A stretch of 64,000 nt of DNA from IMG/VR virus record IMGVR_UViG_3300028840_001562. One strand, given 5' to 3'. The stretch is from an uncultured virus (IMG/VR IMGVR_UViG_3300028840_001562). Its lineage: Duplodnaviria; Heunggongvirae; Uroviricota; Caudoviricetes. Shown in pieces: positions 57,602-64,000 of the stretch (position 1 is its first letter; each line of letters begins with the position of its first letter). The notes beneath the pieces are model-generated. The model was not told where the DNA came from. It ran no database searches and saw nothing but the letters and a program-made list of their open reading frames with translations. A program made the translations under genes and the position numbers.

Positions 57602-60249
57602 TTATACCGATAAGGGCTCAAGATGACGCTAGCGCTAAGTTGAAGCGTGTGTCCAGGGAACTGGACACGATGCGCAAGAAGTTGAATCAATCAACGGATG
57701 CGGCAAAAAAAAGCGCTGCATCATCGGCTGATGTGGCAAAGGGATTCAGGAGCATGGCGCTTCGTGCTGCAGGAGCTGTTGTTGGAATCACGGCAGTTTA
57801 CAGAACTATTAGGACTGGCATAGCCGATGCCATACAGGCGGAACGAGCCAACAGAATGCTTGAAAATCAGTTTCGGGCTCTCGGTGTAACATCTAATGCC
57901 GTTGTTGATGATTTGAAGCTTTTTGCAGGCCAACTGGCTTCACAAACTAATTTGTTCGAAACGGATGTTATAGAATTGACCCGTCTTGTTTCGTCGTTTG
58001 GAGTGTATGGAGATCAGTTGAAACAGACAACGGCCGCTGTCTTGGATTTGTCTGCAGCTATGGGGATTGATCAAAAGGCCGCCGCGCTTGCTGTTGGGAA
58101 AGCTATACAGGGTCAAATTGGCGGTTTGAGTAGATACGGAATCACGATTGAAAATGCTGCGACACCTGCAGAGCGTTTGACTAATCTGCTGAACAAGATG
58201 CGAGAAACAGGATTCAGCGGAGCTGCAGCAAGGGACATTGACACAACAGCAGGAGCAATGCGTGGTTTGACAAAGCAGTTTAGGGAGTTCTGGGAGGCCG
58301 TTATGGCAGCCGAGGGCACTCTTGGCAGGTTTGTCCGCGAGGTAGTCGAAAATCTTACCATAAGTGTGAAAGCCGTACGAAGCTTTTTGATTGGACCTAG
58401 CGACGCTGAAATGGGGATAACCCGAGTTAGGGGTTTACAGCAACAGAAGGCGTTGGCTAAGGAAATCGAACAAACAAACAGAAAATTGACTGATCAAGCA
58501 GAAAAATCTGCAACCTCGAGGGCTAAAGAGGAAAAAGCTTTAAAAGAGATTGAAGCACTTGAAAAGGACCGCCTTAAACAGCAACAGCAATTTTCGCAGA
58601 CGTTGAAAACGGCCACAACAGAATTGATGACCGATGAAGAAAAGATAAATGCCATTTATGCGGAACGTATTGCCATGGCTAGGGAAATGGCATCCCAGGG
58701 TTTTATAACCCAGGCAGAATTGCAATCATCGGTGGCGATCTTTCGTGATGCGTTTATTGACGCGATCGACACAATAGAAAAAGAACGCCTGGACAAAGCT
58801 AAAGACACAAACGCCGATGTTGCTGAAGATTTTCAAACCAAGCTGGAAAACGTCGCTTTTGCTGGTGATCTTGGAGGAATGTTAAGTGCTCTAGGTGGTG
58901 GAGGTGCGGCAGGGGCGGGTGCGTTAACTGGTGTTGCCTCGGCCCTTACTGGAATCGGCGGCGCCATATCAAGCTTTCAGATCATTATGGATTTACCGAA
59001 ACAAATCGAGGGTATGATCGAGGGTTTGATTGATAGCATTACAGGATTCTTTTCTACCATTGGCGATTGGTTCGGCGCTTTGTTCAGTTCGGCCGAATGG
59101 TTTCAAACAAAAGGCGATGCAGTTAACTGGGCGCTCGAGCAAATGGGTGATCGGGTTGACGATCTAAAAGCATCACTCGATCGAATGATGGACACAGCCA
59201 GAACATCGAGCGAGCTTGTTAACGCTTGGTCGGAGCGTGTAAGTATTGGACAAGACAAGATAAGTGGCGTCATTGATAAAATAGACGCTTTAATCAAGAA
59301 AAGAACCATGACCGATCCTTTTACCGGTGAGGAGTGGATCAAGTTCGGTAAGGGTTCGCGTCGTGAAATGAAGGAATACCTTGAAGAGGTAATCCCGCTG
59401 ATAGAGCAACAGGGTCAGTTGCTTGTTGATCAATATAACGCGAATATTCAGCAGATTCGTGAAGAGTATGCGGAAAAGCGTGCCGGGTTGCTTGAACAGA
59501 TCAGTTTAGCGCAAGAGCATCTTGCGATTGTTGAGCAGGAACGCGATCGCTTGCGTGGCTTGCTAGAGGATCTTGTCCAGGGGTTTCAAGAGGCGAAAAT
59601 GACTGTTGCAGGTGCGCTTTTAAGCCCACAGGAAACAACAGCGGCCGCTTGGGATGCTTTTAGAACTGCAACAGGTGAAGATAAGGCGGCAGCGGCGGAG
59701 AGGTTGCAGCAATCTCTGTTAGATGAATTTCAGAGCGCACAAGAGGCCGCAGCGGCCGGTCTTATCACTCAAGAAGAGCTTACAAGGATTCAGGCCGACA
59801 TACTTGGCCAGCTTGAAGCGGCCGAAGCGGAGGCAACAAGCGAAGCCCAGAGGTTGTTAGATATTCAGCAATCTGCAGTTGATAGGGCGCATGCAGATGC
59901 GTTGAGGCTTGAAAACGAGTTGAAAATATTGAACGAAATGGAAGCTGCCGCGATTGCAGAGCAAAAGCAGTTGCTTCAGAATCAGCTTCAAGCCCTAAAG
60001 GACATCAAGAACGTATTGGAAAACCGTTCAGGATTCCAACACGGCGGCATAGTGGAAGAGAGCGGGCTTGCATTTGTGCATAAGGGCGAAACAGTGCTTC
60101 CTCCGAAAGCAATGCCAAACATGATCAATATCTCAATCAATGGGCAGGGCTCGGGTGGCCGTGGCCGCGAAATGCTGGCAAAAGAGATCGCAGAGATTCT
60201 AAGACTGAACACCGGCAACCTTAGACAAGCATTGAAAAGGGCTATCTAG
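57583..60249 (+). CDS. Tail tape measure protein
   Basis: 888 aa helical Ala-rich; I.AQD.AS start; FQHGG.V...A.VH.GE.V end. Confidence 0.9.
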   Translation: MAEPTVVIPIRAQDDASAKLKRVSRELDTMRKKLNQSTDAAKKSAASSADVAKGFRSMALRAAGAVVGITAVYRTIRTGIADAIQAERANRMLENQFRALGVTSNAVVDDLKLFAGQLASQTNLFETDVIELTRLVSSFGVYGDQLKQTTAAVLDLSAAMGIDQKAAALAVGKAIQGQIGGLSRYGITIENAATPAERLTNLLNKMRETGFSGAAARDIDTTAGAMRGLTKQFREFWEAVMAAEGTLGRFVREVVENLTISVKAVRSFLIGPSDAEMGITRVRGLQQQKALAKEIEQTNRKLTDQAEKSATSRAKEEKALKEIEALEKDRLKQQQQFSQTLKTATTELMTDEEKINAIYAERIAMAREMASQGFITQAELQSSVAIFRDAFIDAIDTIEKERLDKAKDTNADVAEDFQTKLENVAFAGDLGGMLSALGGGGAAGAGALTGVASALTGIGGAISSFQIIMDLPKQIEGMIEGLIDSITGFFSTIGDWFGALFSSAEWFQTKGDAVNWALEQMGDRVDDLKASLDRMMDTARTSSELVNAWSERVSIGQDKISGVIDKIDALIKKRTMTDPFTGEEWIKFGKGSRREMKEYLEEVIPLIEQQGQLLVDQYNANIQQIREEYAEKRAGLLEQISLAQEHLAIVEQERDRLRGLLEDLVQGFQEAKMTVAGALLSPQETTAAAWDAFRTATGEDKAAAAERLQQSLLDEFQSAQEAAAAGLITQEELTRIQADILGQLEAAEAEATSEAQRLLDIQQSAVDRAHADALRLENELKILNEMEAAAIAEQKQLLQNQLQALKDIKNVLENRSGFQHGGIVEESGLAFVHKGETVLPPKAMPNMINISINGQGSGGRGREMLAKEIAEILRLNTGNLRQALKRAI

Positions 60250-61061
60250 TGTCTGTTAGAATACTAAACGTCAATAAAATCAAGACAGTGCAGCGATTAT
60301 TTACTGCGTCAAGTGAAGATGAAGATTATCCGGCAAACAACCTGCAGACTGATAATTATTCGCAAACTTGGCGAACTGAAGATGTTGCAACGGCTTATAC
60401 GGTTGTGCAGGATTTTGGTGCCGCAACTGAGTGCGACACTTGCTTTCTTGGCAATGTCAATTTGACATCAAGCGCGACGGTCAAGATTCAGGCAAATGCG
60501 TCGGATTCGTGGGGCGCCCCTTCGGTTGATGAAACCATAACGGTTTCAGGGTTGGGTTTAAGCCCTCCACACCGCAACCTATACCATGAGTTAGCGTCGG
60601 CGGAAACGTATAGGTATTGGCGCATTTCAATATCTGATACAGGCAACACAAATGGGTTTTATGAGGTTGGCGAATGGTGGTTGGGCTCGAGGACAACGCT
60701 TGATGCTACGCAACAGCCTGAAGTTGAGCACCGCGAAATTTACGATCGCAACAACATTGAACACGTTACAGAGTACCTTCAAAAGTATGTTTACAGCCGT
60801 GCAGATCGTCGCACATTTGTTTTGAATTTCAACAAAATTACAAAAACCACAATGAACACGCTTCGGGCTTTAGAGCGCGCACAAGATGGGTCTGGTTTAC
60901 CTTTTGTGTTTGTTTTGGATACCTCGGCTACACCGTACGAGGGCTTTTTTGTTAGGATCGCTGGCGACGTGACTGTCGAACAGTCGGCACCGACTTATTA
61001 TGATATTCCGTTAACACTTGAAGAGGAGGCGGCAGGCCAAAGCCTACCGGCTGTTGAATGA
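60249..61061 (+). CDS. Distal tail-like protein
   Basis: Follows the tape measure; YPA.NL, YRYWRI motifs. Confidence 0.6.
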   Translation: MSVRILNVNKIKTVQRLFTASSEDEDYPANNLQTDNYSQTWRTEDVATAYTVVQDFGAATECDTCFLGNVNLTSSATVKIQANASDSWGAPSVDETITVSGLGLSPPHRNLYHELASAETYRYWRISISDTGNTNGFYEVGEWWLGSRTTLDATQQPEVEHREIYDRNNIEHVTEYLQKYVYSRADRRTFVLNFNKITKTTMNTLRALERAQDGSGLPFVFVLDTSATPYEGFFVRIAGDVTVEQSAPTYYDIPLTLEEEAAGQSLPAVE

Positions 61062-62290
61062 GCACAAATCTAACTGGTAACGGTCTGCTTGGTTTGACGG
61101 TCCCATCGCCTGGAGGCGATTCAGGCACTTGGGATACCGTGTTGAATGATGACACTTTCACAGAGGTAGCGAAAGCCCTATATGCTGCTAGGGAAGATCG
61201 CAACATAAGCATTTTGGGCGGAGGCAAGATCGAATGGGATGAAAGCGGGAATCAGGTCAGTTTTTCAAGCGATATAGTGATTTATGACCATATCACAAAC
61301 AAGACCACAACGGTTGAAACTTCCGATTCTCCCATAACCTTGGATGCAGCCAATAAAGTCGCATACATAGAAAAGACAAGGGAGCCGACTAGCAACGAAA
61401 CGCCGTCACCAACAGTTGTGGCGGCTGGCTCCCTTCCTAATGCTGTCGATGACAATGGCATAATAGCGTTGTTTCACAGGACTTCGGACGGTACACTTTA
61501 CGTTCCATGGGCACGAAAGGAAATTCTTGACGGTGATCATTGGAATTTTGGAACGTCTTTAACATGGTTCGAAAGATTAGCAACAACGCATAAACCTGGA
61601 TTTCACAACCTTTCTTCTGATGCAACGCAAGTTATTATACCTGGATCAGCAGACAACCCTGCCGTTGTTGTTATTAATGGGAAGTTGTATGCAAACACGT
61701 CGGATAGCACAATGGACATCGACACGGCTGGACGTGATGGCCTAGATACGGGATCAAAGGCGGCAGAGACTCCTTATTATCTTTATGCGATACCAGCATT
61801 GAGCGGCAGAGGGTTTGACACAGTTTGTTCTGTGACCGCCCCAGGTACTGGACCGACAGGGTTTTCCGACTGGTCTTATTTAGGGGCTTTTTCGACATAC
61901 GAGGCGAGCACGTCTATTTATCCATTTAAATCTGATCGCGGCATTTTAATTTATGATACCGCCATAGATGCTACCAGCCATACAGGCGATACAAATTACA
62001 CAACCAAAACTATAACCAACATGCCAACGACAGTAAAAAAAATATGGGCACATGCGACATATTCAGGAACACAGACAGGTTACAATGGGGAAATCAGGGG
62101 GCAAACAACGCTGGTTGGTGCCGTCGTTCCTGTTTATTTGATGCTGCAGGTTTCAGGCTTGTATGTTCATCAAAACGGATGGGTTCCTATATTTACTGCT
62201 CAAACAATTTATTTAAAAACAGGTCACGCAAGCAACACTATTAATTTTTACTTTATGGGCTGGCAGGAAAACCCAATGGAATGGCAATAA
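61058..62290 (+). CDS. Tail fibre/baseplate-associated protein
   Basis: GLDTG...A...YYLYAI motif; beta-rich. Confidence 0.6.
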   Translation: MSTNLTGNGLLGLTVPSPGGDSGTWDTVLNDDTFTEVAKALYAAREDRNISILGGGKIEWDESGNQVSFSSDIVIYDHITNKTTTVETSDSPITLDAANKVAYIEKTREPTSNETPSPTVVAAGSLPNAVDDNGIIALFHRTSDGTLYVPWARKEILDGDHWNFGTSLTWFERLATTHKPGFHNLSSDATQVIIPGSADNPAVVVINGKLYANTSDSTMDIDTAGRDGLDTGSKAAETPYYLYAIPALSGRGFDTVCSVTAPGTGPTGFSDWSYLGAFSTYEASTSIYPFKSDRGILIYDTAIDATSHTGDTNYTTKTITNMPTTVKKIWAHATYSGTQTGYNGEIRGQTTLVGAVVPVYLMLQVSGLYVHQNGWVPIFTAQTIYLKTGHASNTINFYFMGWQENPMEWQ

Positions 62291-64000
62291 ATGGCATTGA
62301 TTTATGGTTCAGGTGTTTACGGCTCCGGGGTGTACGGAGGCGGATACACGAAGGAAAGCGAGTTCAACAAGTTTTTTGGCGGCCTTGTTGTTCTTATTGA
62401 CCTTGAATTGCCCGATGTTGACGATCCGGTTTTGATCAGCGCAGGACAAGCGCGTTTTAACAATTACAATTATGAAGGCACGTTAATTTCGCTTGGGCCT
62501 GTGCGCCGTTCTATGCAGAAAAACCTCGGCATTTTCGAATCAATGTCGATTGATTTTACTGTTTCAGATGTAAGCCAAACCTATTCAGGCTTAACGCGGC
62601 CAATCAAAGGATCTTTGGCAACCGTAAGGCTTGGCACCAAATACATGGTGCGTAGCGAATATCAGGTTATTTGCAAAGGTATTGTGGATGAATTTTCGCT
62701 GAATGATTTCACGATGCGGTTTGTCATTAGAGATTACCTTTTTGACTTGCCGGAATATCCATTGACCGGGACTGTTAACGAGGACGATTTCCCAAATTCC
62801 TACCAGGGGCACAGGGGCATGCCTTTGCCTGTCTGCTACGGCACCCATTCATATACAACAAGCGACGTTGAAGATTATAGAGATCGTGGCGCCTGGCCGA
62901 CCCTTTATATCGACAACACTTCGGGAGCAAAAAAGTTTTTGATAGCATGGCATCATGTCAAGAAAATAGATGAGGTTTACGCAACGAAACCATCGGGCGG
63001 GAGCACGCAATTAACTGTGACAACCGATTACGATGCTTATGCGAATGGTTATATTGATGGCCATGAAGCTGCTTGGATTGAAATGGATGATGCGCAATTT
63101 TCAAGCAAGCTATTAGAAAGCGGTAGCCTTGGGCATCTTACCGTCAATGTTCAAGGAAAAATGGATACAGGCGGCAACCTTATAACAAACCCGATCGAAG
63201 CGATGCTTGATTTTTTCGGTGCATATTTGAACAACCCGGATTTTGATTCGGATAGTTTTAGCGATGCTGAAGATATTTGCGACGATCGCGATTATGTGGT
63301 GAGGGGCGGCGTAACAGAGAGGAAAACGACGGCGGAAATTCTACAAGATTTTGCCAAATCATTCAATGCTCGGTTCTATGTGACGCAGTGCGGAAAAATA
63401 GGATGCAACATTTTCGCACCACCGGCTCTTGGGGAAACATCAAAACTTTTCCATGAGGGGCGCGACATCATTCAAAACAGTTTCAGCATCGACCACAATG
63501 CAAACATCGAAGGGGCGGAAGATACGCAAATTATTAACAAGATCGAATATTTAAGCGATTATCATTATGCTAAAGGGGCGTTTTTCAAATCAAATATTGT
63601 TAGTGATGCTGATTCGATTGCTGATTATGGCGAAAAGGAATTTCAGATTTCAGCGCCTTGGTCAGATCAAGATGCCTCGAGCGATGTTGCAGGTCGTATA
63701 TTGATTCAATTCAAACAACCGGTGGCGCATGCGAATTTCCAAATTGGGCTTGCCGGGCTTCTGTCTGAACTGTCGGAACAGGTATTCGTAACGCATGCCA
63801 ATGGAGCCGAAGGCGAAGCTTGGAGTGATCGCCGCTTGCAGATTTTGAATCATTCAGTAAACCCGATGCGCGGGACGGTCGATTTGCGTTGCATTGACGT
63901 TAGCCCAATTACAGAGAACGGTTTTTTTTTGGATGATGAAGATCGCATTACAAGAACATCGACGGGAACGGCTGGCGTTACTAACACAAGCGGAACCATT
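62291..64000 (+). CDS. Tail tip/hub protein, 3' truncated by the window
   Basis: ATG directly after the previous stop (MALIYGSGVYGSG...); LP.CYG and L.TNP motifs; apparently open to the end. Confidence 0.6.
   Translation, partial: MALIYGSGVYGSGVYGGGYTKESEFNKFFGGLVVLIDLELPDVDDPVLISAGQARFNNYNYEGTLISLGPVRRSMQKNLGIFESMSIDFTVSDVSQTYSGLTRPIKGSLATVRLGTKYMVRSEYQVICKGIVDEFSLNDFTMRFVIRDYLFDLPEYPLTGTVNEDDFPNSYQGHRGMPLPVCYGTHSYTTSDVEDYRDRGAWPTLYIDNTSGAKKFLIAWHHVKKIDEVYATKPSGGSTQLTVTTDYDAYANGYIDGHEAAWIEMDDAQFSSKLLESGSLGHLTVNVQGKMDTGGNLITNPIEAMLDFFGAYLNNPDFDSDSFSDAEDICDDRDYVVRGGVTERKTTAEILQDFAKSFNARFYVTQCGKIGCNIFAPPALGETSKLFHEGRDIIQNSFSIDHNANIEGAEDTQIINKIEYLSDYHYAKGAFFKSNIVSDADSIADYGEKEFQISAPWSDQDASSDVAGRILIQFKQPVAHANFQIGLAGLLSELSEQVFVTHANGAEGEAWSDRRLQILNHSVNPMRGTVDLRCIDVSPITENGFFLDDEDRITRTSTGTAGVTNTSGTI

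Larger units (their letters stand above)
34513..64000 (+). mobile_element. Phage B: partial genome, Mu-like head with a long non-contractile tail
   Basis: Second full set of terS, terL, portal and capsid genes, plus tube, chaperones and tape measure; no sheath. Confidence 0.85.

Noticed and set aside
1..64000. Integrase, att sites, tRNA or rRNA genes, host chromosomal flanks
   Set aside because: None recognised by eye; a tRNAscan/HMM search would be needed to exclude them

Overview
The window holds two different tailed dsDNA phage genomes joined at about 34.5 kb, with nearly all genes on the + strand. Phage A (1-34368) looks complete and circularisable: bases 1-144 recur exactly at 34369-34512, and the gene cut at base 1 is restored in frame across the join. 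It is podovirus-like (TerS/TerL, portal, scaffold, capsid, tail tubular proteins, ejection proteins, amidase endolysin). Its most striking feature is a compact nonulosonic-acid (pseudaminic/legionaminic-type) biosynthesis cluster at 8.9-14.1 kb: PseB-like dehydratase, NeuB-like synthase, oxidoreductase, cytidylyltransferase, class III aminotransferase and GNAT. A Maf/DUF115-type transferase sits inside the capsid operon among Ser/Thr-rich virion genes. Together these suggest a phage-encoded sialic-acid-like virion glycosylation system. Phage B (34513 to beyond 64000, partial) has a Mu-like head module, a sheath-less long tail, O/P-like replication genes and two glycosyltransferases. The two phages share a four-gene module, short identical DNA islands and covarying hairpins, which suggests a common host and gene exchange. 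Phage B also has two tandem promoter-pseudoknot-terminator leaders before its replication initiator. All protein calls are from motif recognition by eye; no database searches were run.
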